The position numbers were made by a program, and so were the translations under genes. Under the pieces are notes generated by a model. It was not told the origin of the DNA and did no database searches. It was given only the letters and a program-made list of their open reading frames with translations. A DNA stretch of 64,000 nucleotides. It comes from Mobula birostris (Eukaryota). Location of the stretch: positions 13,330,001-13,394,000 of the forward strand of contig NC_092399.1 in NCBI RefSeq assembly GCF_030028105.1, given 5' to 3'. Of the stretch, positions 24,259 to 37,306 are shown one piece after another; position 1 is the stretch's first letter; the number at the start of each line of letters is the position of its first letter.

Positions 24259-24265
24259 TATATAT

Positions 24266-24499
24266 TGTGGTAAACCATATATATATATATGTTGTAACCG
24301 GGTTACCTGCTTGGACACGCCCCTCTGCTGACTGCCCCTGTGGCTCCTCCCACAGACCCCTGAATAAAAGCGATTGCGCCATTGCTCCTCCTCCTCAGTC
24401 CAGGGACAGACACTCAGCATGCTGGCGGTCACATTTTACTGCGAATAAAAGCCTTTCAGTATTTACTCTACTTCCAGTCTTTTGGAGTTATTGATGGTG

Positions 24500-24504
<5 letters not shown>
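24266..24504 (+). mobile_element. Short solo LTR inserted in a TA microsatellite
   Basis: TGTGGTAAAC...AATAAA...GATGGTGCAT; near-identical inverted copy at 62510-62744. Confidence 0.75.
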
Positions 24505-24531
<27 letters not shown>

Positions 24532-24816
24532 CAGTGAAGACACGAGAGGCTGCAGATGCTGAAACCTGGAACAACAAAGAATCTGCTGACGGAACTCCAC
24601 AGGTCATGCAACCTTTGTGGGGGTGAGGGGATGAGGGGAAGGAATTTTTAACATTTTGACAAATTGTCAAAATCCTGAATCATATTTATCAATATATATA
24701 TTTAATCTTGCTCCTTTACCGTCAAACTTCTTTAGATTGCTGCACCAAGGCATCTTCACATTATTTACTGTTTATTATTTAGTTATAATTATACCATATT
24801 CCTACCATTAGTTACA

Positions 24817-24940
24817 TACACAAAATCACCTCTTTATTAAGTACACCTGTACAACAGTTCATGAATGCAAATATATAATCAGCCAATCATGTGGAAGCAA
24901 CTCAGTGAATAAAAGCTTGCAGACATGGTCAAGGAGTTCA
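24817..24940 (+). mobile_element. Tc1-like transposon terminal fragment
   Basis: TACAC...CTTTATTAAGTACACCTGT...AATCAGCCAATCATGTGG resembles Tc1 terminal repeats of aquatic vertebrates. Confidence 0.5.
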
Positions 24941-25036
24941 TTAGAACATTGAAACATGAGAAAGTTTTTGACAAGATCGGACCATCCGGCCCAACAAAGC
25001 TTGCCAAATTCCTATTCACATTGTGTTGAAATAACT

Positions 25037-25521
25037 TGGAGTACTGTGTCCAGTTCTGATCGCCTCACTATAGGAAGGATGTGGAAGCATTGGAAAGGGT
25101 ACAGAGGAGATTTACCAGGATGCTACCTGGTTTAGCGAGTATGCATTATGATCAGAGATTAAGGGAGCTAGGAGCTTTGGAGAGATGGAGGATGAGAGAA
25201 TGCATGATAGAGGAATAGATAGAGTGGATAGCCAGCGCCTCTTCCCCAGGACACCACTGCTCAATACAAGAGGACATGGCTTTAAGGTAAGGGGTGGGAA
25301 GTTCAAGGGGGATATTAGAGGAAGGTTTTTTACTCAGAGAGTGGTTGGTGCGTGGAATACCCTGCCTGAGTCAGTAATGGAGGCAGATACACTAGTGAAG
25401 TTTAAGAGACTACTGGACAGGTATATGGAGGGATTTGAGGTGGGGGCTTATATGGGAGGCAGGGTTTGAGGGTCGGCACAACATTGTGGGCCGAAGGGCT
25501 TGTACTGTGCTGTACTTTTCT
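25037..25521 (+). mobile_element. CR1 3' fragment nested in an older CR1
   Basis: TRGHGFKVRGGKF...FFTQRVVGAWNTLP; TSD ATAACT. Confidence 0.85.
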
Positions 25522-26515
25522 ATAACTATTGAGTTTAGATTTGAAAGTCTCTAAGGTACTACGCTCAACTACACAACTAGGTAGTTTGCTCCACGTGTCC
25601 ACAGCTCGCTGTGTAAGGAAATGCTTTCTGATATTAGTCTGAAATCTTGCCTTAACTAATCTCCACCTATGTCCTTGTTTATGGATTAATTTTGAAGGAG
25701 CAGCTGGCATCCACCTGACTTATACCCTTAATGATTTTGAACACTTCTGTCATGTCTCCTCTCATTCTATGTCTACTTAGATTAAAATGATTTAATTCTT
25801 TCAATCTTTCTTCATACCTCATATCCTGCAGACCTGGAATGAGTCTAATCACCCTTCCCTGGACTGTCTCCAGTGCCTTCACATAACGATTGTACACAGT
25901 ACTTAAAGTGTGGCCTCACAAGCGTATTATGCAGCTTAAGGAGAACACTTCTAGACTTGAATTCCACTGAGCACATTATATAGCTCTACATTCTATTAAC
26001 CTTCCTAATCGCTTCTGTGCATTGTCCAGGTGTTGATAGTGATGAGTCTACCAGGACCCCCAAATTCTTCTCATACAGTGAACTTTCTAACTCAAGACCC
26101 CCCCCCATAGTATATTTATATCTAATATTTCTACTTCCTATATGTAACATTTTACATTTACTTACATTAAATTCCATCTGCCATATGTCTGCCCACATCT
26201 GGATTTTGTTTAGATCTAACTCTATTGATTCTACTGCCTGAATGTTATCAGCCCCTCCCACTAATTTTGTGTCAATGGCAAACTTTACTAGTTTATTTGT
26301 TATGTGCTTATCCAGATCATTAATGTAAATTAAAAACAGCAGCGGTCCCAAAACCGATCCTTGCAGAACTCCACTTTTAAGATCTTCTGGTGTGAAAATG
26401 ATCCTCTCACCATAACTCATTGTTTTCTGTTTTTGAGCCAATTCTGCACCTATTCGCACACCTTACCCCAAATCCTAACCTCCTGTAATTTGATTATTAA
26501 CCTCTCGTGGGGTAC

Positions 26516-27183
26516 AATAAACAATAGACGATAGGTGCAGGAGTAGGCCATTTGGCCCCTCGAGCCCGCACCGCCATTCACTGTGATCATGGCTAATCAT
26601 CCACAGTCAGTATCCAGTGCCTGCCTTATCCCCATAACCTTTGATTCCGCTATCTTTAAGAGCTCTATCCATCTCTTTCTTGAAAGCATTCAGAGACTTG
26701 GCCTCCCTGCCTTCTGGGGCAGAGCATTCCACATATCCACCACTCTCTGGGTGAAAAAGTTTTTCCTCAACTCCGTTCTAAATGGCCTACCCCTTATTCT
26801 TAAACTGTGGCCTCTGGTTCTGGACTCACCTATCAGCGGGAACATACTTCCTGCCTCCAGCGTGTCCAATCCGTAATAATCTTATTTGTTTCAATCAGAT
26901 CCCCTCTCATCCTTCTAAATTCTAGTGTATACAAGCCCAGTCGCTCTAATGTTTCAACATATGACAGTCCCGCCATCCTGGGAATTAACCTTGTGAACCT
27001 GTGCTGCACTCCCTCAATAGCAAGAATGTCCTTCCTCAAATTTGGAGACCAAAACTGCACACAATACTCCAGGTGTGGTCTCACCAGGGCCCTGTACAGC
27101 TGCAGAAGGACCCCTTTGCTCCTATACTCAATTCCCCCTGTTATGAAGGCCAGCATGCCATTAGCTTTCTTCACTGCCTGCTG
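26516..27183 (-). mobile_element. CR1 3' fragment nested in an older CR1
   Basis: KANGMLAFI...[15 protein letters not shown]; CAATAGAC-type tail. Confidence 0.85.
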
Positions 27184-27919
27184 TACCTTGTCAAAAGTCT
27201 TCTGAAAGTCCAAGTAAATGATATCAACTGCTGTATTGTTATCATAAATTTTAGTTGCCTCTTCATAGAACTCCAACATATAGTAAAACATGATTTCCCC
27301 TTTCTGAATCCATGCTGACTTTCTGCTAACATGCCTGTCTTATCAGCTTCTTTTCCATTCCATTCTTTATTAATGTTTCCAATATCTTGCCTATGATATA
27401 CATTAGCTTACTGGTCAATAGTTACCAGGGTCAGTGCGATCACCCTCCTTATATACTGGATCAACGTTAGCCCATTTCCAGTTTTTAGGAACTTCACCAG
27501 TTTTCACCGACTTTTGAAAAATACACACTAGGGGTTTGTATATATAATTGCAGATCTCTTTAAGTACTGTTGGGTGTATGTTGTCTGGCCCTGGAGATTA
27601 CTAAGTTTCAGCCTTTTCAGCTGAAGGAGGACCTCACTTTCTAAGTCACTTAAAACAACCTTATTTTTCTCTACACTTACTGGCATATTGCTAACATCCT
27701 TGTAGGTGAATACTTTAGCAAATTATGAGCTAAGAGTATCCGTTACATCCTCCTCTACATAATTTAACACCCCACTATTATTCCTAATACAGTTAACTTC
27801 CTCTTTGATTTTTCTTTTACTATTAAAGTATTGAAAAAATCTCATAGGGTCAGTCTTAGCAATATCAGCAATATGCTTCTCAACCTGCCTTTTAGCAATC
27901 TGAATTTCCCTCTTGACTA

Positions 27920-28235
27920 TTATTAAGGCATCCATTAGTCTTGCGAGACCATGGATCTGCGCCTGGAAAGTCTTCACTCTCCAGGGCGCAGGCCTGGGCA
28001 AGGTTGTATGGAAGACTAGCAGTTGCCCATGCTGCAAGTCTCTCCTCTCCACGACACCAATGTTGTCCAAGGGAAGGGCATTAGGACCCATACAGCTTGG
28101 TACCAGTGTCGTCGCAGAGCAATGTGTGATTAAGTGCCTTGCTCAAGGACACAACACGTTGTCTCGGCTGGGGCTCAAACTCACGACCTTCAGGTCGCTA
28201 GTCCAATGCCTTAACCACTTGACCATGTGCCCACT
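27920..28235 (-). mobile_element. tRNA-derived CORE-type SINE
   Basis: Minus-strand tRNA head plus GTGTCCTTGAGCAAGGCACTTAA core; TSD CTTGACTA; second copy at 57868-58175. Confidence 0.8.
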
Positions 28236-29010
28236 CTCTATACTTGACTATAGATCTCATATTTTCATATGCCCTACTGTTAACATCATTACTGGTTTTT
28301 CTGTGTTTCTTATATAGATGTCTTTTCAATTTTTTTTATTTTAATCTTTATTCATCCATGCAGTTGATCTATTGTTTTCATTGCTTCTCGTGGCCTTGGG
28401 TAGGAACATTTCCTGCACTGTGTCTTACCTCTTTAGATCAACCCCATTTTACCTCAACTGACTCGACATCAAGCAGTTTCTTCCAATTTATCTTCTGAAG
28501 TCTTTGCCAAATCTGCACAAACCTTGCCTTTCTAGAATTCAGTTTAATGGCTTTGGTTTTTATTGATATGCTCTCCCAGAAAACTTTCAGACTAATAATG
28601 TTATGATCACTTGTTCCTAAAGGCTCAACAGCTTCTGTACTCAAAATTCTATCCTGATTGCTACAGAATATCAAATCCAGACAGGCGTCTCCCCTTGTTG
28701 GTGCATCAACATGCTGGGTCAGAAAACAATCATTCAATAACTCAATGAATTGACTTTTCTGTAATCCATTAGTCACTGGGTTCTCCCACTCAATATTTGG
28801 GAAACTAAAGTCTCCCATAACTAGAACATTACCCTCAGTCTTGCTTTTTCTAATATTCTGCTAGAGTTGTTTATTAAAATCACTGTCGGCATTAGGTGGT
28901 TTATAACATATATTGAATGTTATTCCTTTATCCTTATAGCTTTCAATTCTTACCCAGATATTTTCACTCAATCTTGATTCGGCTATCATAACTAGCCTCA
29001 CTTTTAAATT

Positions 29011-30819
29011 TTGAGGAAGTAAAGAGGCTACAGAAGGATCTAGACAGATTAGGAGAATGGACAAAGAAATGGCAGATGGAATACAGTGTTGGGAAGTGTA
29101 TGGTCATGTACTTCGGTAGAAAAAAATGAAAGGGTCGAATATTTTCTAAATGAAGAGAAAATACGAAAATCTGAGGCACAAAGGAACTTGGGAGTCCTTG
29201 TGTAAGATTCCCTAAAGGTTAACTTGCAGTTTGAGTCTGTGGTGAGAAAGGCAAATGCAATGTTAGCATTCATATAAAAGCAAGAACACAATGTTGAGAC
29301 TTTATAAGGCACTGGTGAGGGCTGACTTGAAGTATTGTGAGCAATTTTGGGCCCCTTAGAAAGGATGTACTAAAACTGGAGTGGGTTCAAAGGAGGTTCA
29401 CAAAAATTACTCTAGGATTGAATGGCATATCACATGAAGAGCATTTGATAGTTTTGGGTCTGTATTCACCAGAATTCAAATGAATCAGGGATGATCTTAT
29501 TGAAACCTATCAAATGGTGAATAGCCTTGATAGAGTATATGTTTCCTGTGGAGGGAGAGTCTAAGACCAGAGGACACCCTCAGAACAGAGGGACATCCTT
29601 TTAGAACAAAGATGACAAGGAATTTATTTAGCCAGAGAGTGGAATTCTGTGGAATTCTTTGCCACAGGCATCTGTGGCCAAGTCTTTCTGTATTCGTAAG
29701 GCAGAGGTTGATAGATTCTTGATCAGTCAGGACATGAAGGGATAAGGGAAGAAGGCAGGAGATTGGGGCTGAGAGGAAAATTGGATCATAGTCATAGTCA
29801 TAGTCATACTTTATTGATCCCGGGGGAAATTGGTTTTCATTACAGTTGCACCATAAATAATTAAATATTAATAGAACCATAAATAGTTAAATAGTAATAT
29901 GTAAATTATGCCAGGAAATAAGTCCAGGACCAGCCTATTAGCTCAGGGTGTCTGACCCTCCAAGGGAGGAGTTGTAAAGTTTGATGGCCACAGGCAGGAA
30001 TGACTTCCGATGACGCTCAGTGTTGCATCTCGGTGGAATGAGTCTCTGGCTGAACGTACTCCTGTGCCCAACCAGTACATTATGTAGTGGATGGGAGACA
30101 TTGTCCAAGATGGCATGCAGCTTGGACAGCATCCTCTTTTCAGACATCACCGTAAGAGAGTCCAGTTCCATCCCCACAACATCACTGGCCCTACGAATGA
30201 GTTTGTTGATCCTGTTGGTGTCTGCTACCCTCAGCCTGCTGCCCCAACATACAACAGCAAACATGATAGCATTGGCCACCACAGATTCGTAGAACATCCT
30301 CAGCGTCGTCCAGCAGATGTTAGAGGACCTGAGTCTCCTCAGGAAATAGAGACGTCTCTGACCCTTCTCGTAGACAGCCTCAGTGTTCTTTGACCAGTCC
30401 AGTTTATTGTCAATTCGTATCCCCAGGTATTTGTAATCCTCCACCATGTCCACACTGACCCCCTGGATGGAAACAGGGTCACTGGTACCGTAGCTCTCCT
30501 CAGGTCTACCACCAGCTCCTTAGTCTTTTTCACATTAAGCTGCAGATAATTCTGCTCACACCATGTGATCCTGTACTCAGCCTCATCTCCCTTGCTGATG
30601 CATCCAACTATGGCAGAGTCATCAGAAAACTTCTGAAGATGACAAGACTCTGTGCAGTAGTTGAAGTCCGAGGTGTACATGGTGAAGAGAAAGGAGACAA
30701 GGCAGTCCCCTGTATAGCCCCAGTGCTGCTGATCACTCTGTCGGATCATCCATGATAAAATGGCAGAGCAGACTCAATGGGCCAAATGGCCTAATTCTGC
30801 TCCTATACCTTACGGTCTT
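29011..30819 (+). mobile_element. CR1 3' fragment interrupted by a Rex1-like LINE
   Basis: DLDRLGEWTKKWQMEYSVGKC remnants; the 3' UTR resumes at ~30743 after a GGATCAT duplication. Confidence 0.8.
29787..30742 (-). mobile_element. Rex1/Babar-like LINE, 5'-truncated
   Basis: ORFs 29938-30453 and 30339-30749; (GACTAT)n tail; highly similar to 4514-5452. Confidence 0.88.
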
Positions 30820-32234
30820 TCCAGTCCAGATGAAGGGTCTCGGCCCGAAACATCAACTGTTTACTCTTTTCCAGAGATGCTACCAAGGAGGACGGGACCC
30901 CGGGGAAATGATAGGCAAGTGAGAAGTGGTAAAAGGCCTGAGTGGGGAATAGAAGGAGAGGGGGAAGGAGGGAATTTTATTTTTACTGGAAGGAGAAATC
31001 GATATTCATGCCATCTGGTTGGAGGCTACCCAGACGGAAGGTCATTGTGCCCTGACTTCCTTTCCCTCCTCCTCTTCCCAGGTGGATTTTGTGCACCATC
31101 ACCTAACATACATCACCATAACAGTAGAGAACTCTTAAATCCATCTCCTAACCAGGCACAGGCGATATACGACAGCATAAGGAATTAAAGGGTTAGCAAT
31201 GAAAATTTGCACTGGTTGCGGGCACTTGGTGCACTGAATACAAGGGTTAGGTTTAACAAAAACAAAGTCATAAGGCATCTTATGACAAACAAACAGCACA
31301 TCTGCTGGCACAATGGGAAACACTGTAAACATTAGAAAGATTAAATATTTATTACCCACTTACTACAACTATCACTTTCTTGGAACATGGCCCTCGTGAA
31401 TCAGTCATGTCATAGCCCGAATAAAGAAAGATTTCTGGATTTTGTTTACTGCTCACAAACTGCTTTTGAATCAAAAGCAGAACATGGAAGAACAAAGCAA
31501 ATCATTTGGCATCTGTTAAGAGGAAAAAAAATGTTGACTTTCTGTGTAGAACTCTTTGAGAAATAAGAAGTGACAGGTTAGCAATCATTTTAGTTAAGCA
31601 GAGGGATGAAAAGGGGGAAGAAACGGTGCCTACATTGACAGATGGGAGAAAAGGGATTGAAAGACCGTAGAATACTCATTAAACATAAATCCATAATATA
31701 AAAGAGGAAGATCAAGGACTGTTGAAACTTTACTTCCTACCGTACTAATTGGCATTGGAGAGGAGACTCTGTGGTTTCGAACAATACAGTTGAGACAACA
31801 TTTATCCAAGAGGTTTCATACTTGAATCAGGATTCTGCTTAGATCAGGACTTCAGATAGCAATGGGCAACTTATTAAAAAGATGTAATTCTATAATTCAT
31901 TACTGTGGCTGAGGCTGCGAGGGTGCTCCGGGCTTTGTGTCTATGGACACAATGTCGTTCTGAACGCTGTTGCTTGTTTTTACTGTTTGCTCGATGCGGG
32001 TGTTCTTTCTCTCCCTAAGCACTGGGCGTTTGTTGGTCTTTTTTTAATTGGCTTCTTTTGGGTTTCCTATTTTGGGGCTGCCTATATGCAGTCAAATCTC
32101 AAGGTTGTGTAATTTATATATACTTTGATAATAAAAGTATTTTGAACTTTGAATATTAAGCAACTATCACTTTCTTGGAACATGGCCCTCATGAATCAGT
32201 CATGTTAAGCAGCATTAAGCCTTTTTCATATTAG

Positions 32235-32727
32235 TTCCACTTCCCATTCCCATTTCAATATGTCTATCCATGGCGACCTCCACTGTTGTGATGAGGCCAC
32301 ACTTAGGTTGAAGGAAACAACACCTTATATTCCGTTTGGGTAGCCTCCAACCTGACATCAATTTCTCGAACTTCTGGTAATGCCCCCACCCCCCTCCCCC
32401 TTCACCATTTCCCATCCCCTTCTCCCTCTCTCACCTTATCTCCTTGCCTGCCCATCGACTCCCTCTGGTGCTCCTCCCCCATTTTCTTTCTTCCATGGCC
32501 TTCTATCTCTTTCACCTATCAACTTCTAAGCTCGTTACTTCACCCCTCCCCCTCCAGGTTTCACCTATCTGCTTGTGTTTCTCTCTCCCCTCCCATCACC
32601 CTTTAAATCTACTCCTCAACCTTTTTCTCCAGTCCTGCCGAAGGGTTTCGGCCCGAAACGTCAACTGTACTTTTTCCCTAGATGCTGCCTGGCCTGCTGA
32701 GTTCCTCCAGCACTTTGCGTGTGTTAC
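32235..32727 (+). mobile_element. Penelope-like 3' fragment with a variant hammerhead
   Basis: GIY-YIG C-terminal remnant (ATLRLK..HLIFRLGSLQPD), pyrimidine-rich tract, CTGCCGAAGGGTTTCGGCCCGAAACGTC. Confidence 0.8.
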
Positions 32728-33219
32728 TAGGCCTTTTTCAAAATGGCTGCCAACATTCAAGAGTTAAATTACACATTTTGTACAAGGGGACAAGAGGCAT
32801 TTAAAATATTCCTTGCACTTTGTATGAAACCTCAGAGTGGAGACACACATGTTGGCACTCCTTATTCTCAGGTGACAAGTCACTGAATGGCATCCAAGGG
32901 TTTTTGTATTGACTTTGCCTATGCATTGATGTTGTTTGGAAAGTAAAATTCTGCATAGCCTTGTTCTGTGGGTGAGCTGTAGAGCACTGCTTCTGGATTT
33001 CAAACTCAGTATTGTCATTGACAATCAATCCCTGTTAATAGAATTCACTGTGAGCCAACACTGGTGACAAAAGACTGTAGTCAGTACAGTATGGATTCCT
33101 GCAGCACTTCGATTATTTTTCAAGGTGTGGACCATGATGGTAAGGACACTATTTTCTGCCCGAACCAGCTATCCAGGGAAGATGGTGCTGGTATTTGAAT
33201 CCATGTTATAGAAGAGTCG

Positions 33220-33781
33220 TGGAGTATTGTGTACAGTTTTGGTCCCCTAATCTGAGGAAAGACATTCTTGCCATAGAGGGAGTACAAAGAAGGTTCACCA
33301 GATTGATTCCTGGGATGGCAGGACTTTCATATGATGAAAGTCTGGATCGACTAGGCTTATACTCGCTGGAATTTATAAGATTGAGGGGGGATCTTATTGA
33401 AACGTATAAAATTCTAAAGGGATTGGACAGGCTAGATGCAGGAAGATTTTTCCCGATGTTGGGGAACTCCAGAACGAGGGGTCACAGTTTAAGGATAAAG
33501 GGGAAGCCTTTTAGGACTGAGATGAGGAAAAACTTCTTCACACAGAGAGTGGTGAATCTGTGGAATTCTCTGCCACAGGTAACAGTTGAGGCCAGTTCAT
33601 TGGCTATACTTAAGAGGGAGTTAGATATGGCCCTTGTGGCTAAAGGGATCGGGGGTATGGAGAGAAGGCAGGTACAGGGTTCTGAGTTGGATGATCAGCC
33701 ATGATCATACTGAATGGCAGTGCAGGCTCGAAGGGCCGAATGGCCTACTCCTGCACCTATTTTCTATGTTTCTATGTTTCT
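33220..33781 (+). mobile_element. Young CR1 3' fragment
   Basis: Uninterrupted ORF EYCVQFWSPNLRKDILAIEGVQRRFTRLIPG...NFFTQRVVNLWNSLP; (TTCTATGT)n tail. Confidence 0.9.
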
Positions 33782-34264
33782 AAGACCATATATGAATGTA
33801 TAGTACAATAGAGCCATTAGGCTAAAACGAGATTTACAAGCTTGGAAGAGATGGTGACTTGTTCTTTCGGTCAGGATACATACACAAACCTGAAAATAAT
33901 CTTGTGCAGTATTATGGAGTAAAAGCTGATTTCATTTCTGTGACATTCCTTTAGGTTATAATTGAGGGGGAACGAAGTTATTAAATCTATAAAGTCGATT
34001 CAAATGCTGATTCTGGGCTATAATTTCAATAGTAGGCTGCATTAAAAATTTCTGCACGCTTCCTATGCTTCATATAACTTCACCTTTTGATCTTTCCCGA
34101 CTAAGATCACCTTTTGCACACACAACAGTACCTTTACCGTCAGTCTCATTGGGGTGTTTGACAATGGCGGTCTTCAGAGGAAGTTTTCAGAGCACTGTAC
34201 TTTTAATAGTCTTTTGATTATTCTTTTTTTTTACTTTTTGCCTTAAGATGATTTGTCTACAGTA

Positions 34265-34784
34265 CAGTACAGTGCAAGAAGTTTAGGCACACACACACAT
34301 ATATAGCTAGGGTGCCTCGGACCTTTGCACAGTACTGTATTTGTCAACATGGAGTGGAGAGCGAGTTTGTAAATTTGGCAGGAGCAAAAGATGTTGGGAG
34401 TGCCACAGGAGGGGTGTGGGACAGGTGGCAGAGAAGAAGTGCCAGGGGTGGGTGGTGGCACAGGTGCAGACACACCCAGGCCTGAGACACCGGGCAAGGT
34501 CATTTGATTCCAAACAATCGGTTTATTGATCATAACAGAATGTCTCTCTGGTGCCTCCCGCTCCCTTCCCCATTTCCCAACCATGATTTTCCTCTCCCTG
34601 CCCCCTTCCCACTCTCAGTCCACAACAGAGACCCATATCAGAATCAGGTTTATCATCACACAATATGTCATGACATTTTTTTTTTCTGGCAGTACAGTGT
34701 AATACATAAAATTACTACAGTACTGTGCAAACGTCTGAGGCACCCGAGCTATATATATGTGCCTAAGATTTTTGCACAGTACTC
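34265..34784. mobile_element. Composite repeat bounded by two ~70-bp palindromic Tc1-like MITEs
   Basis: CAGTAC(A/T)GTGCAA...TTGCACAGTACT units at 34265-34337 and 34718-34784, TA-flanked and mutually inverted. Confidence 0.65.
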
Positions 34785-36209
34785 TACGTGGACTCCAAGT
34801 TCTCTTTTATCCTCAACTGTACCAGTACTCAACTGAAGCTACTCCAGTTTGTCTTTTTACATTCAAAATGGGATGACCCATGGTGAATTAAACTTCACCT
34901 GCCTTTGTTTTGTCCACTCATTCTGAGCAATCAAGCAAGGCATTTGAATTATGTACTGTAATTGCATGCTTTAACTGGCATGCAAGAGTGTCAGGTTGCA
35001 TACTGTATTCAGAAATTTGAAATAATTTTCTTTCAAAATTTATTTACCCAGTTCATTAGTTTTGTGCAGCTCCAACATTCTGGAGTCAATGAACAGTGAA
35101 TCACTGCTTTCTTCCACTGAACGTCTGCTGTAGCAAATTGGTAGGAAGGGATAATCAGCCTTTGTAACACGCCATTGGAAGGCATAATGATGACTCACTA
35201 TGTTATGTTTCTGGATCACTTTAATGCAATTAGCACTGAAGAGTCCAAACTCTCTTCAGGAAGTTACCAGATAATGTAATTTGAAGCAGAAAATGTTTAG
35301 CAGCTGTAAGTACCAAGGACCATCAGAAAGATTGTAAAATAAAGACGAGATGGATCAATTTGTCCTGAAAATGTGAAGAACGTAAGGTTAAGACAAACAA
35401 TGGCATGGCCAATAATTGGACAGATCACATTATGTAATTTATATGTAGTTTGTGATTATTAAGATATGATTATTACTGGACCTTCTAGAGCAGTGAAGTT
35501 GAGAGTGAAGGGTAAATTAACGGGAAATAAATGTAAAGCCTCTCACAATATTTACATACTGTAACAGGTGACCTTTGAATCTTTAATAATAAAACACGAG
35601 TTAATAACATTAAAGGTAATAATCCATAAATTGCAAATATCTTGCATAGAAATAGTTATTTCTGCATTGCAATAGTGTCTACAGTGATTTTCTTTGTATG
35701 AAGTATTTTGGGTATTGAGCTAACAAGAAGTTTCAAAAACATGAATTTCTTTTTATGATTTTTATATATTTTGTAGAGCCCATTGTAAAGGTTTGAAAGG
35801 CATATGCCTACACAAACAAGAATAAGGACTTTGACTTTGATTCAAACGCGGTGAAAATCAATTCTCCATGAGCCCATGGTTAATAAAATTTACAGAAAAT
35901 CTTTGATTATGCTACAAAGTTCTGACTGCTGTCAAAATTCAGTCAACTGCTAAAGGCCATTAAGATGAAGCAGACAAGGGTAGTTAAAAATTACCAGAGG
36001 GATTTAATGCTACGACCACAAAACTTCTGAGGGAGAGTTCACTATCAGTTAATAGGTGGATAATACTACCAGTTCAGTAGGCTTTTCTTAAAGATAAAAA
36101 AATTAATTGGTGAAATGCAAACATAAGCATATCAAGGATAAATGAGACAGGGAAACACATCAGGCTCAACATCACAACCTAACTGTAAAAGCTTGTAGTG
36201 ATTGGCAAA

Positions 36210-36452
36210 TATTTATTTATTTATTGACAGAGAACCCAGACAGAATAGGCCCTACTGGCCACTCAGAAATCCCCGATCCAATTAACCTACCAACCAGTAG
36301 GTCGTGGGACTATGGGAGGAAACCAGAGTACCCAGAAGAAACCTACGCGATCACGTGAAGAATGTACCAACTCCTTACAGGCAGTGGCGGGAATTGAACC
36401 CTGGTCTCTGGTACTGTAAAGCGTTGTGCTAGTCACTATGCTACAGTGCCGC
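36210..36452 (-). mobile_element. V-SINE (HE1-like)
   Basis: Same tRNA head and V core as 3927-4222; (TTTA)n tail. Confidence 0.8.
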
Positions 36453-37306
36453 TCCATATCTACTAAGATTATTTCCTCAAGAGTTTGTGGCCTCAGAAAC
36501 CAGGTGTAAGATACATCCAAGTGAAATCCAGAAAAATAACTTACATTTGAAGGAGGACTTTACGAGTTTTCAAATCCAATTGCATTTTACAACAAATTAA
36601 GAATTTTTGCAGTAAATCAATCACCAAAGAAGAAAATGTGACAGCCAATTAGCTTTCGGATAGATTCCACCAACAGCAATAAAATTATGACGAGGTAATC
36701 TGCTTTGATGGTGATGGTTGAGGGAGAAATTTTGGCTACAAATTAATAGCCAGATTACTATCATATGCATTGCAAAAACTTGCTAATGAACAAATCGCAC
36801 AACATGTTCTAAGTCCACCTTATGCCTTGTAGCAAGTATCCATGTCACTAATGCAGACCCACACACATTAACATGGGGGTACTGTCTAAATATTTATCAC
36901 CAGTAGAAATGGTGTGCTGAAACAGACATGTGGAAGTCATTGTGATATTATAATATACCACAGCTGTTGCTCCTCCTCTGTGGATACTGGTGCCCGCGTG
37001 TTGCCAGGTTTCACTGAGTTTCGCTGAGCCTGAATGAACCAGTTTATTGTACCCAGGCCTCAGGAGAAATCAAACGCCTCCCCAAGTAAATGAGTTTCGC
37101 CCCACAAATCTTTGAAGATGAAAGCTCAGCAATAATGGTCCATGCTGATCTAAATAATTATACATAGTGCACTATCACCTGAGAGAGTCATCCCCTCTTT
37201 AAATGCCCGTGTTAATGATGACTTCGTCTGCAATATTTTGCGCCTGGAAGCATGGCTGCTGTTATTTACTATCACTAACTATACGTGCTTCACCTTCTAG
37301 GATTAG

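Larger units (their letters stand above)
24942..29010 (-). mobile_element. Long decayed CR1 LINE (endonuclease + RT) with three nested insertions
   Basis: ORFs 28438-28818 (MGDFSFP...PTRGDACLDLIF...SDHN) and 25986-26459 (SGVLQGSVLGPLLFLIYINDL...KFAIDTKL). Nested inserts with junction duplications ATAACT, GTAC and CTTGACTA. Confidence 0.88.

Noticed and set aside
26833-27291. 152-aa ORF that looks like a continuous RT-like protein
   Set aside because: Chance in-frame fusion across the junction of two nested CR1 copies (~27183).
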